NCBI GenBank assembly: GCA_040878325.1
Contig: JBBDMM010000018.1
Coordinates: 1 to 64,000 of the forward strand
Length of the DNA stretch: 64,000 nucleotides
Reading direction: 5' to 3'
From: Acidimicrobiia bacterium
Lineage (GTDB): Bacteria; Actinomycetota; Acidimicrobiia; Spongiisociales; UBA11373
Shown here: positions 9,423 to 19,623 of the stretch, piece by piece
Position numbering within the stretch: the first letter of the stretch is position 1
Layout of the letters: each line of letters starts with the position of its first letter
Notes under the pieces: generated by a model
Told to the model about the DNA's origin: nothing
The model's database searches: none
What the model saw: only the letters and a program-made list of their open reading frames with translations
Translations under genes and position numbers: made by a program

Positions 9423-10631
9423 GTGACCCGGCTCGCTCGACTTCTCCTCGTCTTGGGACTCGTTGTTGCGGCGTGCGGTGATGACGATGCGACGACGACC
9501 ACGGGTGCGCCGACCACGACGACTCTGCCTCCGGTGACCACGACCATGGAGCCGGCCAGACCGCTGCTCGGCCTCGATGTCGAGACCGTCGCCCGTACCC
9601 TGATCAACCCGGTGTTCCTCACTGCCCCGGTGGGCGACCACCGGCTCTTCGTGCTGGAGAAAGACGGCCTGGTCGAGATCATCACCGAGGACGGTGTGTC
9701 GGAAGAGCCCTTCCTGGACATCGAGGTGATCGTCGGTTCGAATGCACTCGAGCAGGGCCTGCTCGGTCTCGCCTTTCATCCGGGCTACGAGTCGAACGGG
9801 CGGTTCTTCATCTATTACACGAATGTCGACGGCGACAGCCGCCTCGTCGAGTACCGGGTGTCGGCTGATCCTGATAAAGCGGATCCAGAGAGCGCACGAG
9901 TCCTTCTCGCTCTCGACCAGCCAGACGTCAACCACAACGGGGGGATGCTCCTGTTCGGGCCTGACGGATACCTCTATGTGAGCCTGGGTGACGGCGGCGG
10001 CGCCAGCGACGAGTTCGGTAACGCCCAGAACCTGACGACCCTGCTGGGGTCGATCATCAGGCTCGATGTCGACGCCGGCGACCCTTACGCGGTGCCACCC
10101 GACAACCCGTTCGCAGGTGATCCCGCTGCCAGCTCCGAGATTTGGGCGTATGGCCTGCGCAACCCGTGGCGGATCGACATCGACCCGGCCACCGGGCTGG
10201 TCTACATCGCCGATGTGGGCCAGGACGCTGCCGAAGAAGTGTCGGTGGTGCCGCTCGACGGGGGCGGGGGGAACTTCGGCTGGCCGATCGTCGAGGGCTT
10301 CGACTGCTATCGGGCGGAGGCCTGTGACGACGCCGGGATGATCGAGCCGGTGATCGTCTATCCCCACGCCGAGGGTTGCTCGGTGATCGGCGGATATGTC
10401 TATCGGGGGACCGCCATCCCTGAGCTGCTTGGCCACTACTTCTATGGCGACTGGTGCGGCCAATGGGTGCGCTCGTTCCGCTATGAGGATGGAGCCGCGG
10501 TCGACGAGGCCGACTGGACCAACGACCTGGGACAGATCGGCCAGGTCCAATCATTCGGCCTGGGCGGCGACGGCGAGATGTACGTCCTGAACCAGGCCGG
10601 CTTCGTCTACCGGCTGGTGCCAGTCAGGTAG
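9423..10631 (+). CDS. PQQ-dependent glucose/sorbosone dehydrogenase family lipoprotein
   Basis: Lipobox VAAC; EQGLLGLAFHP, NHNGG, FGPDGYLY..GDGG, GLRNPWR. Confidence 0.92.
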   Translation: MTRLARLLLVLGLVVAACGDDDATTTTGAPTTTTLPPVTTTMEPARPLLGLDVETVARTLINPVFLTAPVGDHRLFVLEKDGLVEIITEDGVSEEPFLDIEVIVGSNALEQGLLGLAFHPGYESNGRFFIYYTNVDGDSRLVEYRVSADPDKADPESARVLLALDQPDVNHNGGMLLFGPDGYLYVSLGDGGGASDEFGNAQNLTTLLGSIIRLDVDAGDPYAVPPDNPFAGDPAASSEIWAYGLRNPWRIDIDPATGLVYIADVGQDAAEEVSVVPLDGGGGNFGWPIVEGFDCYRAEACDDAGMIEPVIVYPHAEGCSVIGGYVYRGTAIPELLGHYFYGDWCGQWVRSFRYEDGAAVDEADWTNDLGQIGQVQSFGLGGDGEMYVLNQAGFVYRLVPVR

Positions 10632-10700
10632 AGAATCAAGAGCCAAGAGCCAAGAGCCAAGAGCAGGATTCTTGATTCTTGATTCTTGACTCTTGACTCT
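10632..10700. repeat. Heptamer repeat (CAAGAGC)n followed by inverse (TTCTTGA)n
   Basis: Seen directly. Confidence 0.9.
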
Positions 10701-10707
10701 CCTTTCC

Positions 10708-10729
10708 CGTCACCCCCTCTCACTACCAT
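10708..10729 (+). promoter_or_regulatory. PafBC/RecA-NDp-like DNA-damage promoter of the nurA operon
   Basis: CGTCAC (10708-10713), N10, TACCAT (10724-10729), 8 nt before the ATG. Confidence 0.55.
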
Positions 10730-10737
10730 CGCCGGCC

Positions 10738-11664
10738 ATGGCCCGATTGCATGTCGAGGGGTGGGCACCGGAGTACGGCGCCGCCGTCGAACCAGAGGAT
10801 GCGCTCTCTCCGGCAGAGGGTTCGGTCGACATCGACGTCGAGGACCGCCCCTGGGAGCCGATTCCCGGGGTCGACGATGGGGTGCCGATGGTCGCCTTCG
10901 TCGACGGGGTTCGGCGAATCGATGCCCGGCTTCTACTCGACGACGAGTCCGGTCCCGTGCCCGGGATCTGCGGGTCGTTCGCCGTCGGCGCGGTGGTGTG
11001 GGATCGCACCGCGCCGAGGAGCGAGGTGGTGAGGCCGCAGGTCGTCCGGATGGCGCTGCTCGGGAAGGGCAACTCGCCGAGTCTCCCCCCGCTTCCGCCG
11101 TGGCTGCAGTACCGCAGCTCGTCGGTGGACGACGACGATCCTGCGTCCCTCATTCGGTCGTTCCATGACGCAATGCGCCGCGCCGAGGCGGTGCTGGCCG
11201 AGGACCTCGCCGGCTCCGGGTACTTCGTGGTGGCCGACGGCCCCCTCTACGACTACACGGCCTCCGACAAGATGGGTTACGTGAAGAGCCATCGGCGGTC
11301 TTACCTGCCCGATACCGCCATCGTCGGGCAACTGCCGGCTGCGCACCGCACCCCCCTGTTCACTATCGGCGAGGGGCGGTTCCGCCGCTACTCGTGGTAC
11401 CTGCGCCTCGCCGATCGCGCCGACGGCCACTCCTGGGTGGGGGTGGTCCGCTGTGAGGCTTCGGCCTCCCTCGACCGCGAGACGGTGGTGCGAATAGCCG
11501 ACCGGTCGGCGGCCGTGCTCCCGAGGGTGGGGTCAGAGCCACACATCGAGCCGCGGGCACCACAGAACCTGGTGCCGATCGCCGCGCTGGAACGCGACCT
11601 GCGCCATCGGCTCGGCGACGCCGGCCTGGTGTTGCGGGCGCTGCGGTCGGCGGTGGCCGCATGA
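10738..11664 (+). CDS. nurA: NurA-like nuclease
   Basis: AFVDGVRR, VADGPL, GYVKSH, RTPLF, PRAPQNL.PI..LE..L; overlaps herA (ATGA). Confidence 0.8.
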   Translation: MARLHVEGWAPEYGAAVEPEDALSPAEGSVDIDVEDRPWEPIPGVDDGVPMVAFVDGVRRIDARLLLDDESGPVPGICGSFAVGAVVWDRTAPRSEVVRPQVVRMALLGKGNSPSLPPLPPWLQYRSSSVDDDDPASLIRSFHDAMRRAEAVLAEDLAGSGYFVVADGPLYDYTASDKMGYVKSHRRSYLPDTAIVGQLPAAHRTPLFTIGEGRFRRYSWYLRLADRADGHSWVGVVRCEASASLDRETVVRIADRSAAVLPRVGSEPHIEPRAPQNLVPIAALERDLRHRLGDAGLVLRALRSAVAA

Positions 11665-13370
11665 GCGTCGGGCGGGTCCTGGGAAGCCAGCACACCAACA
11701 CCCGTGAGTTCCGGGTGGTCATCGGCGATGGTGAGTACCTGCAGCTCGACGATCTGGTGGTGGTCCGCACCGAGGTGCCGGGCGCGAACGAGGTGAGCAC
11801 CTACGGGATCGTCACCGAGGTCGAAGCCGTGTACGAAGGGGCGTCGTTCGAATCCGACACCTTTCGCATCGCCGACGAGGGCAGCATGCCGGGGGCCAAG
11901 GTGCGGTCGGCCCAGGTGGCGGTCACCCGGGTCGATCCCGAGCTGTGGGTGGCGCCTGATCCGGGCGGGGCAGTGGAAAGGGCAACTGGCGAGGCACGGG
12001 CGAAAGCCCTCTACACCGACGAGATGGGCCGTCCCCTGCCCGTCGGCCTCGGTCGCGACGGCCTGCCGCTCTACGTCGATCTCGACTTCTTCGACGGCCG
12101 CAAGGGCGGCCACATGTCGATCTCGGGCATCTCGGGCGTCGCCACCAAGACTTCGTTCGCCCTGTTCTTTCTGCGGATGCTCACCGGCCGGCGCGACATC
12201 GTCGGCGAAGCGGGTAAGAACCTGCGCGTCCTGGTGTTCAACGTGAAGGGCGAGGACCTGCTTTGGCTCGACAAGCCGAACCGCGACTTCACGCCCGAGC
12301 ACGCCACCAAGTGGGCGGCCCTCGGGGTCGAGCCTCAGGCGTTCCCCTCGGTGTCGTTGTGGGCCCCACCGCGCCCGCGCTCGGGGGATGTGCTGGTGCC
12401 CGACATCGCCGGTCGTCAGGACGTGAGCGTCTTCGCCTGGACCCCCCGGGAGTTCATCGACGAGGGACTGCTGCGATTTCTCTTCACCGACGCTTCCGAC
12501 GCCCGCAATCAAATCTCCTTCGTCGCCGAGCGGGTGGAGTCGCAATTGCGGCGGTTCGCGGTCGACGTCGCCGGGGTACCCGGGGCGATCGTGCTGCGCG
12601 ACCCCTCGGAGGGCCATTCCCCCGGCGATCTGGTTCGCCCCAACCAGGGGGAGCGAGTGATCAAAGACCTCGCCGGCCTCGCCACCGCATTGGAGGAATT
12701 CCTCGATCCGCCCGATGGGGAACCCGACCTGCGGTGGTCTGGAAGAGTTCAAGGCGGCACCGTCTCGGCGTTCATGCGACGGTTCCATGCTGCGGTGATC
12801 CGACTGGGGCATTTGATCCAGCCGGGGGAGAGCCGCCGCATCGACCGGGCCCAGGCCCAGGTCACCGTGGTCGCCCTCCAGTCGCTCCACGACCTCGCGC
12901 AGCGCTTCGTAGTGGGTGCGCTGCTGTCCGAAGCATTCAAGGAGAAGGAGGGCAGCGGCCAGAGGTTCCCGCTGTCGGTCGTGGTCCTCGACGAGCTGAA
13001 CAAGTACGCCCCCCGCGAGGGCCAGAGCCCTATCAAGGACATGTTGATCGATATCGCCCAGCGGGGCCGCTCGCTGGGGGTGCTCCTGGTGGGCGCCCAG
13101 CAGACCGCTTCCCGGGTGGCGTCGGAGGTGCTGGAGAACGCCGCCCTTCGAGTGACCGGCCGTCTCGACGCCGCCGAGGCCGAACGCGCGGAATACGGGT
13201 GGATGCTGCCTTCGACCCGGGCCCGGGCGCGCCTTCTCAAGCCGGGCACGATGGTCATCTCGCAGCCGTCGATCCCGGTGCCCCTCGTCGTCGACTTCCC
13301 CTTTCCCCCATGGGCCACCCGTAAGGAAGAGGTGGCCGAAGACGACGCGGACGTGTTCGAGGGGCTTTGA
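11661..13370 (+). CDS. herA: HerA-like ATPase / DNA translocase
   Basis: N-terminal HAS-barrel-like region, variant Walker A GISGVATKT, Walker B VVLDELNKYAP, RGRSLG, GAQQ. Confidence 0.88.
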   Translation: MSVGRVLGSQHTNTREFRVVIGDGEYLQLDDLVVVRTEVPGANEVSTYGIVTEVEAVYEGASFESDTFRIADEGSMPGAKVRSAQVAVTRVDPELWVAPDPGGAVERATGEARAKALYTDEMGRPLPVGLGRDGLPLYVDLDFFDGRKGGHMSISGISGVATKTSFALFFLRMLTGRRDIVGEAGKNLRVLVFNVKGEDLLWLDKPNRDFTPEHATKWAALGVEPQAFPSVSLWAPPRPRSGDVLVPDIAGRQDVSVFAWTPREFIDEGLLRFLFTDASDARNQISFVAERVESQLRRFAVDVAGVPGAIVLRDPSEGHSPGDLVRPNQGERVIKDLAGLATALEEFLDPPDGEPDLRWSGRVQGGTVSAFMRRFHAAVIRLGHLIQPGESRRIDRAQAQVTVVALQSLHDLAQRFVVGALLSEAFKEKEGSGQRFPLSVVVLDELNKYAPREGQSPIKDMLIDIAQRGRSLGVLLVGAQQTASRVASEVLENAALRVTGRLDAAEAERAEYGWMLPSTRARARLLKPGTMVISQPSIPVPLVVDFPFPPWATRKEEVAEDDADVFEGL

Positions 13371-13479
13371 GAGCTTCCCGCTTCCCGCCTCCGGGCGGCC
13401 TTCGGCCGCCTTGGGCTGGCCCTCGGCCGGCAACGCCTTTGGGCGGCGATCGCGCGCCGGCTCTCCTTGAGCGTTTGAC

Positions 13480-14646
13480 GTGAGAGTCCTTCACACCTCC
13501 GATTGGCACCTGGGGCGGCGGCTGGAGCGGCACGACCGGTTGGAGGAGCACCGCGCCGTGGTCGATTCGGTGGTGGCGATCGCCGCCGCCGAGGGCGCCG
13601 ACCTCGTGCTCCATTCCGGTGACCTGTTCGATCGGGCGGTCCCCCCGGTAGAAGCGCTGCGTCTCGGCCTCGAGGGACTGGTGCGTCTGGCCGACGGGGG
13701 AACCCGCCCGGTGGTGGTGGTCGCCGGCAATCACGACTCGCCGGAGTTGTTCGAGACTCTCGCACCGTTCCTGGCACCGTTCGGGGTGCATCTGGTGGGG
13801 CGGATCAAGCCCCCGGACGAGGGCGGGATCATGTCGCTGGAAACCGCCAACGGACGGGCGCATGTCGCCTGCTTCCCGTTTCTCCGCGCCGCCCAGACGG
13901 TCGACTTCATGGCTCGGGCCGACGACTGGTACGGCAAGTACGCCGACCGGGTGCGCAAGATCACCGAGCGGTACGCGGCGGCCCTGGGCGAGCCAGCCGA
14001 GCCGGACGATGCCACCTTCGTGGTGGCCCACTTCATGGTCGGCGGGGTGAAGGTGAACACCGGGGCGCCCCGGGGCGAACGCGACCTCCACATGGGTGAG
14101 GCATACGCCGCAGCCGAGTCGGCGGTGCCGACCACCGTCGACTACGTCGCCCTCGGGCACATTCACGCGCCCCAGAAGGTTCCCGGCGCCCGGGTGCCCG
14201 CCGAGTACGCCGGTTCACTGCTGCAGCTCGACTTCGGCGAGGCCGGCGAGGTGAAGCGAGTGGTCGTCGTCGATACCGCCCCGGACGCGCCCGCCTCGAT
14301 TCGATCGGTTCCGGTGTCCGGAGGAAGGCCCTTGATCCGGGTGGAGGGGACCTGGGAGGAGATCGTCGGGCGCGACGATCTCGACGACGCCTATCTCGAC
14401 CTGGCGGTGCGCACCGACGGGCCTGATCCCGGGCTGATGGATGTGGTCCGCGAGCGCTTTCCCGACGTGATCAAGGTGCGGGCCGAGTACGAGCGGTCGC
14501 GAGACGAACGGCCGTCGACGACCGGTCGGCCGCTCGACGACCTGTATGCCGACTACCACCGCGAGGTCCATGGCGAGGCCGCCTCGGACGACTTGATGGA
14601 CCTTTTCCGCGAGATCACCCTCGAGGTGGCCGATGCGGCCGATTGA
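13480..14646 (+). CDS. sbcD: SbcD / Mre11-like nuclease
   Basis: HTSDWHLG, SGDLFD, AGNHD, ALGHIH, YAGS. Confidence 0.95.
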   Translation: MRVLHTSDWHLGRRLERHDRLEEHRAVVDSVVAIAAAEGADLVLHSGDLFDRAVPPVEALRLGLEGLVRLADGGTRPVVVVAGNHDSPELFETLAPFLAPFGVHLVGRIKPPDEGGIMSLETANGRAHVACFPFLRAAQTVDFMARADDWYGKYADRVRKITERYAAALGEPAEPDDATFVVAHFMVGGVKVNTGAPRGERDLHMGEAYAAAESAVPTTVDYVALGHIHAPQKVPGARVPAEYAGSLLQLDFGEAGEVKRVVVVDTAPDAPASIRSVPVSGGRPLIRVEGTWEEIVGRDDLDDAYLDLAVRTDGPDPGLMDVVRERFPDVIKVRAEYERSRDERPSTTGRPLDDLYADYHREVHGEAASDDLMDLFREITLEVADAAD

Positions 14647-17149
14647 GCTGACGCTGCGCGGATTCCGGTCGTATGCCGACGACACCACCTTTGATTTCAC
14701 AGGTCGGAACCTGGTGGGGATCGTCGGGCCAATCGGCAGCGGGAAGTCGTCGATCCTCGATGCGGTGTCGTTCGCCCTCTACGGAAAGACCCCGCGTATC
14801 GCTGGCGAGACCAAGACGCTCATCAATCAGCGGAAGGACAGCCTCCATGTGTCCCTGTCCTTCGAGGTCGACGGCACCGTGTGGAAGGCGACGCGGGCGC
14901 TGCGCCGTAACGGAGCAGCGGCGCACACCCTCTACCGGGTAGAGGACGGCGAGGACCACCCGATCGCCGACAAGGCGCGCGACATGGGGGAGAAGATCGA
15001 GGAGATCCTCGGCCTGGACTTCGAGGCGTTCCGCCGTTCGGTCCTCCTGGCGCAGAACCAGTTCGCCGGATTCCTCGAAGCCACCGGGACCGACCGCAAC
15101 AAGGTGCTCAAGGGCGTGTTCGGGTTCGATCGGCTCGACGCGATGCGGCAGGCGGTGAAGGCCCGCGTCGACAAACTCGGCGGGCGGATGCAGGTGTTGG
15201 CCGATCGGCGGGAGACGGCCGAATCGGATCGGAAGGAGTTGGCCGAGAAGAAGAAGACCCTGGTCGGCACCGACGAACGCGCCCGCACGCTCGAAGCGCT
15301 GCGGGGGTCGGTGAATCAGGTGGACGAGGTGCTGCGCGGCGCCGAGGACAAGAGGGCCGCCGCTGCCACCCGGCTCGCCGCCCTCGACGCACTGGCCGGC
15401 TCGATTCCAGACAGGGAATCCACCGAGGGCCTTTTCCGGGCTTCGACGGACGCCGACACCACCCTCACCGCGGCTGTCGGTGCCCTTTCGGCCGCCGAGG
15501 AGATGGCCGTCGAGGCGTTGTCTCAACTGGAGGCGGCCATCGAGGCAGTGGGGGGTCGGCAAGCGCTTGAATCGGCAGCCGACCAGGTGGCGCGCCACCG
15601 CGCTGCCGGCGTGCGAGCGGAAGCCGAGGCGAAGCGTCTCGCCGAAGTCCGCGAGGCAGTGACCGTGGCCGAGAAGGGGCGGGACGCCTCCGAGGCTGCT
15701 TTGGTGGAGGCGCTCGAGGCCGAGAACGTCGCTGCGGCGGCGGTCGAGAAGGCAGATGAGGACGAACGGGCCGCTCGCGACGCGCTACACGCAGCCCACA
15801 CCGCCGACAGGGCGCACTCCCTCCGGTCGGAACTGGCTGCCGGCGAACCCTGTCCGGTGTGCGACCAGTTGGTGGCGAAGGTTCCACCGAAGCGGGCGGC
15901 CGCCAAAGTGGACGCTGCCGAGAAGGCTGCGGCCAAGGCAACTGCCTTCGCGGCCAAGGTTCGTGAGGCGCGGGCAGCCGCCCACAGCCTGGTGGCCCAA
16001 CGCGAGGCGGCGCGCGACGCCGCGATCGACCGGGTGACCCAGTCACTCGCCGCGGTGGAGCAGGCCGAGGTCGCCACCCAGACCGCGGTCGGTTCTGTCA
16101 CGGAACTCGGCGCGGTGCTGGAGGCGCTGTTGGGCAAGGGCGATCCCGAGGAGCGCCTCGCCGCCCACCGCGCCGCGGTGTCATCGGCCGAGAAGTCGCT
16201 CGAGGCAGCCCGAAGTGCCGAAGCGGCGGCCCGGAAGAAGTCAGAGGAGGCTCGGGGGGCTCGCGACGCCGCCGGTAAGGCGGTCGAGCGCCTGCGGACC
16301 GGCCTCGCCAACCTGGCCGGACGACTCGGCGCGGAGATCGACATCGGCGAGACCGCCGCCGAGGTCGAGGCGGGATTGAAGGCGGTCAGATCACACTGGC
16401 TCGACGCTCACGCCGGCGCCGACGGGGAGCGAGAGCAGGCGTCGAACGAGGCGGAAGCCGCCCACAAGGCCAGGGTCGAACTACTCGAGGGAGCCGGTCT
16501 CGCCGCCAAGGACGACATCATGGAGGTGGCGGCTGAAGCGGCGAAGGAGGCGACCGCCCTCGGCGCCACGGTCGCGCATCTCGAGAAGCGTCTTGCCGAG
16601 ATGGACGCCCTGGCCGGGGAGGAGGCCGATCTGGTGGCCCAGGCGGGCCTGCTCGATCGGCTGCTCACCGATCTGCTTCCTTCGGGCTTTCTGGTGTTTG
16701 TGCTCGACGAGCGCCGGCACGACCTGGCCGACCTCGCCGGTGCGCACCTCGAGACTCTCACGGCCAGCCGCTACCGGTTCAGTGACGACGGCGATTTCAA
16801 CATGGTGGATCTCGCCGCGGCCGACTCGGTGCGGGCCCCGTCATCGTTGAGCGGCGGCGAGACCTTTCTCGCCTCACTGGCCCTCGCTCTGGCCCTCGCC
16901 GAGATCGTCGCCCGTGAGGGTGGCCGGCTCGACGCGTTCTTCCTCGATGAGGGCTTCGGCAGCCTCGACGTGGAGCACCTCGATCTGGCGATGCGGGGGA
17001 TCGAACGCCTGGTCGCGACCGAGACAGACAGGCTGGTGGTACTGGTCAGCCACGTGCCTGCGATGCGGGAGTGGATCGAGGATCTGATCGTGCTCGACCG
17101 CGACGGGTTGACGGGGGCCACCCGGGTGGTCGAGGGGGCCTCGCGATGA
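14633..17149 (+). CDS. sbcC: SbcC / Rad50-like SMC-family ATPase
   Basis: GPIGSGKSS, zinc hook CPVC, coiled coil, [18 protein letters not shown]. Confidence 0.95.
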   Translation: MRPIELTLRGFRSYADDTTFDFTGRNLVGIVGPIGSGKSSILDAVSFALYGKTPRIAGETKTLINQRKDSLHVSLSFEVDGTVWKATRALRRNGAAAHTLYRVEDGEDHPIADKARDMGEKIEEILGLDFEAFRRSVLLAQNQFAGFLEATGTDRNKVLKGVFGFDRLDAMRQAVKARVDKLGGRMQVLADRRETAESDRKELAEKKKTLVGTDERARTLEALRGSVNQVDEVLRGAEDKRAAAATRLAALDALAGSIPDRESTEGLFRASTDADTTLTAAVGALSAAEEMAVEALSQLEAAIEAVGGRQALESAADQVARHRAAGVRAEAEAKRLAEVREAVTVAEKGRDASEAALVEALEAENVAAAAVEKADEDERAARDALHAAHTADRAHSLRSELAAGEPCPVCDQLVAKVPPKRAAAKVDAAEKAAAKATAFAAKVREARAAAHSLVAQREAARDAAIDRVTQSLAAVEQAEVATQTAVGSVTELGAVLEALLGKGDPEERLAAHRAAVSSAEKSLEAARSAEAAARKKSEEARGARDAAGKAVERLRTGLANLAGRLGAEIDIGETAAEVEAGLKAVRSHWLDAHAGADGEREQASNEAEAAHKARVELLEGAGLAAKDDIMEVAAEAAKEATALGATVAHLEKRLAEMDALAGEEADLVAQAGLLDRLLTDLLPSGFLVFVLDERRHDLADLAGAHLETLTASRYRFSDDGDFNMVDLAAADSVRAPSSLSGGETFLASLALALALAEIVAREGGRLDAFFLDEGFGSLDVEHLDLAMRGIERLVATETDRLVVLVSHVPAMREWIEDLIVLDRDGLTGATRVVEGASR

Positions 17150-18282
17150 GCGGTCCGCTGCGCGGGATCGAAGTCGTCGAAGTGGCGTCGATCGGGCCCG
17201 GGCCGTTCGCGGCAATGGTGCTCGCCGATCTCGGGGCGACGGTGACCCGGGTGGAGCGCAAGGGAGCCGGCCCTCCCATCGTGCCCGACGTGATGCTGCG
17301 CGGCCGTGACGCTTCGATCGCCGTCGACCTGAAGGATCCCGCCGGCCTCGAGGTGCTGCTTCGCCTGGTGGAACGGTCGGACATCCTGATCGAAGGCTTT
17401 CGGCCCGGCGTCATGGAACGTCTCGGGGCAGGGCCGGAGGAGAGCCTGGATCGGAATCCCCGCCTGGTCTACGGGCGGATCACCGGCTGGGGCCAGGAAG
17501 GCCCCCGGGCAGCACAAGCGGGTCACGACATCGACTACATCGCATTGGCCGGGGCGCTCCATCCGATCGGCCCCGCGGATGCCCCGCCGCCTCCACCGCT
17601 CAACCTGGTGGCCGACTTCGGCGGAGGGGGAATGCTGCTGGTGGCCGGCCTGCTCGCCGCCCTCGTCGAGCGAGCCGGGTCGGGTCGGGGGCAGGTGGTG
17701 GACGCGGCGATGGTCGACGGTGCGGCGCTGCTCACGGCGATGTTTCACGGGCTGACCGCTGGCGGACTGTGGACCGAGGCGCGCGGGTCCAATCTGCTCG
17801 ACGGGGGAGCGCCGTTCTACCGCTGCTACCGCACCGCCGACGGCGGGTTCATGGCGGTGGGTGCGCTCGAACCGCAGTTCTACGAGGTGCTCCTCGAGGG
17901 TCTGGGGCTTTCAGGTGAAGACCTACCCGGGCAGTACGACCGTGGCGGCTGGCCCGTACTGGCGGCGCGGTTCGCGGCGGCCTTCGCGGCCAGGACGCGG
18001 GCGGATTGGACCGAGGTGTTCGACGGCACCGACGCATGCGTGGCCCCCGTGCTGTCGATGTCCGAGGCCCCGAGTGACCCGCACGCGACGGCGCGGCGTG
18101 GTTTCGTCGAACTGTCGGGTCTCCACCAGCCGGCGCCGGCGCCGCGGTTCTCACGGACCCGGCCGTCCGACCCGGATGCCGCCCGTCCCGTTGGGGCCGA
18201 TGCCGAGCGAGTGTTGGCGCTCCTGGGATACGACAAAGGCGAGGTTGCCGTGCTGCTCGACGGACCCGTGGGCCGCGGCTAG
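17146..18282 (+). CDS. CaiB/BaiF family CoA transferase (alpha-methylacyl-CoA racemase-like)
   Basis: [37 protein letters not shown]. Confidence 0.92.
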   Translation: MSGPLRGIEVVEVASIGPGPFAAMVLADLGATVTRVERKGAGPPIVPDVMLRGRDASIAVDLKDPAGLEVLLRLVERSDILIEGFRPGVMERLGAGPEESLDRNPRLVYGRITGWGQEGPRAAQAGHDIDYIALAGALHPIGPADAPPPPPLNLVADFGGGGMLLVAGLLAALVERAGSGRGQVVDAAMVDGAALLTAMFHGLTAGGLWTEARGSNLLDGGAPFYRCYRTADGGFMAVGALEPQFYEVLLEGLGLSGEDLPGQYDRGGWPVLAARFAAAFAARTRADWTEVFDGTDACVAPVLSMSEAPSDPHATARRGFVELSGLHQPAPAPRFSRTRPSDPDAARPVGADAERVLALLGYDKGEVAVLLDGPVGRG

Positions 18283-18344
18283 CCCCCGTTGTCTACGCGG
18301 GCCAACGGCTGAGCGATGCTGCTGCCTCGGTACCATCGCCCTTC

Positions 18345-19415
18345 TTGGCTCGCCTCGCCCTAATCGGACTGCCCAACGTCGGAAAGACGACGCTCTTCAA
18401 CGCGCTCACCGCACTGGGCGCCCCCACGGCTGCGCATCCCTTTTCCACCACCGAGCCCAATGTCGGTGTGGCCAAGATCCCCGACGACCGCCTCGAGCGC
18501 GCCGCGGTGGTTGAGGCGTCGGCGAAGGTGGTCCACGCAACCCTCGACCTCCTCGACCTGCCGGCGATGTCGCCGGGCGGCTCCTCCTTCGCCGCCCAGT
18601 TCGTCGGGCGGCTGCGCGAGATGGATGCGCTGGCGGTGGTGTTGCGGGCGTTCGAGGACGAGTCGGTCCCCGACGCCGAATCCGGTACCGACCCGGTCGT
18701 CCAGGCGGAGACGTTGCTGCTCGAACTCGTGCTCGCCGACGCGGAGGTGTTCGAGCGCCGCGCCGGGAAGGCCGCGAAGGAGGCCACGGCCGATGCATCC
18801 AAGAAGGGTTCGGCCGCCGCTATTGCCAAGGGATCCGAGATGCTTGTCGGCGGCAGACCGCTACGGGAGGGCGTGTGGGATGAAGGCGAGCTCGCCGCGT
18901 TCCGGGACCTTGCGCCGTTGACGCTCAAGCCATGCGTGTGGGTCGTCAACGCCGGAGAGGATCAAGCGCCCGAGAAGCTGCAGTCGGCGGTGGAGGCGGC
19001 CGTGCCGCCGGGTGACGTGGTCGTGGTGGTGAGTGCGGCGCTCGAGGAAGAGGCCGCCCGGCTCGACCCTGCCGACCGGCAGGAGCTCTACGAAGGGCTC
19101 GGCCTCGGCGAGGGGGCGCTCGCCCGAATGGTTCAGGCCACCTACCGGGCGCTCGGGCTGCTGTCGTTCTTCACCGTCGGACCGAAGGAATCCCACGCTT
19201 GGACGGTCCGCGCGGGCGCTTCGGCCAAAGAGGCGGCCGGCAAGATCCACTCCGACCTCGAGCGCGGGTTCATCCGCGCCGAAGTCGCCCCGATCGAAAC
19301 CGTGATCGAATCCGGGGGCTGGGACAAGGCGAAAGCCGGCGGGCTCATACGACTCGAAGGCAAGGAATACCCGGTCGCCGAAGGCGACGTAATGGTGGTG
19401 CGCTTCTCGGTGTGA
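18345..19415 (+). CDS. ychF: YchF-like Obg-family NTPase with C-terminal DUF933/TGS domain
   Basis: GLPNVGKTT, HPFSTTEPN, FFTVG..E..AWT, AAGKIHSD..RGFIRAE. Confidence 0.88.
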   Translation: MARLALIGLPNVGKTTLFNALTALGAPTAAHPFSTTEPNVGVAKIPDDRLERAAVVEASAKVVHATLDLLDLPAMSPGGSSFAAQFVGRLREMDALAVVLRAFEDESVPDAESGTDPVVQAETLLLELVLADAEVFERRAGKAAKEATADASKKGSAAAIAKGSEMLVGGRPLREGVWDEGELAAFRDLAPLTLKPCVWVVNAGEDQAPEKLQSAVEAAVPPGDVVVVVSAALEEEAARLDPADRQELYEGLGLGEGALARMVQATYRALGLLSFFTVGPKESHAWTVRAGASAKEAAGKIHSDLERGFIRAEVAPIETVIESGGWDKAKAGGLIRLEGKEYPVAEGDVMVVRFSV

Positions 19416-19488
19416 GGAGGACCCTCGCGTTTCTCCCTCCGGAGGGGGGAGTACGGGAATCCTCTGGGTTCCTTGGGGAGGGGGGCGC
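19416..19488. repeat. REP-like element
   Basis: CTCCCTCCGGAGGGGGGAG and GGGAATCCTCTGGGTTCC hairpins followed by GGGGAGGGGGG. Confidence 0.45.
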
Positions 19489-19523
19489 TCAGACCAAACG
19501 AACACAAGGAGCCTGGTCCCCTC

Positions 19524-19562
19524 TGGCGGATGGCGGATGGCGGATGGCGGAAGGCGGAAGGC
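19524..19562. repeat. Heptamer repeat (GGCGGAT/A) x5
   Basis: Seen directly. Confidence 0.9.
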
Positions 19563-19623
19563 TCTTTTCGCCTCGGCCATAATGTCCCGACCCGCCTGAG
19601 CGGCGTCGTCTTTGGAGAGGGCA

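Noticed and set aside
11388..13433. Long antisense ORFs (e.g. 11388-13433, 3003-4409, 9243-10550, 50059-51522, 54187-55626)
   Set aside because: Shadow frames of real genes, expected in high-GC DNA
10738..17149. Anti-phage HerA defence island
   Set aside because: Partners are NurA and SbcCD, no Sir2 or other defence effector, no mobility genes, composition looks native
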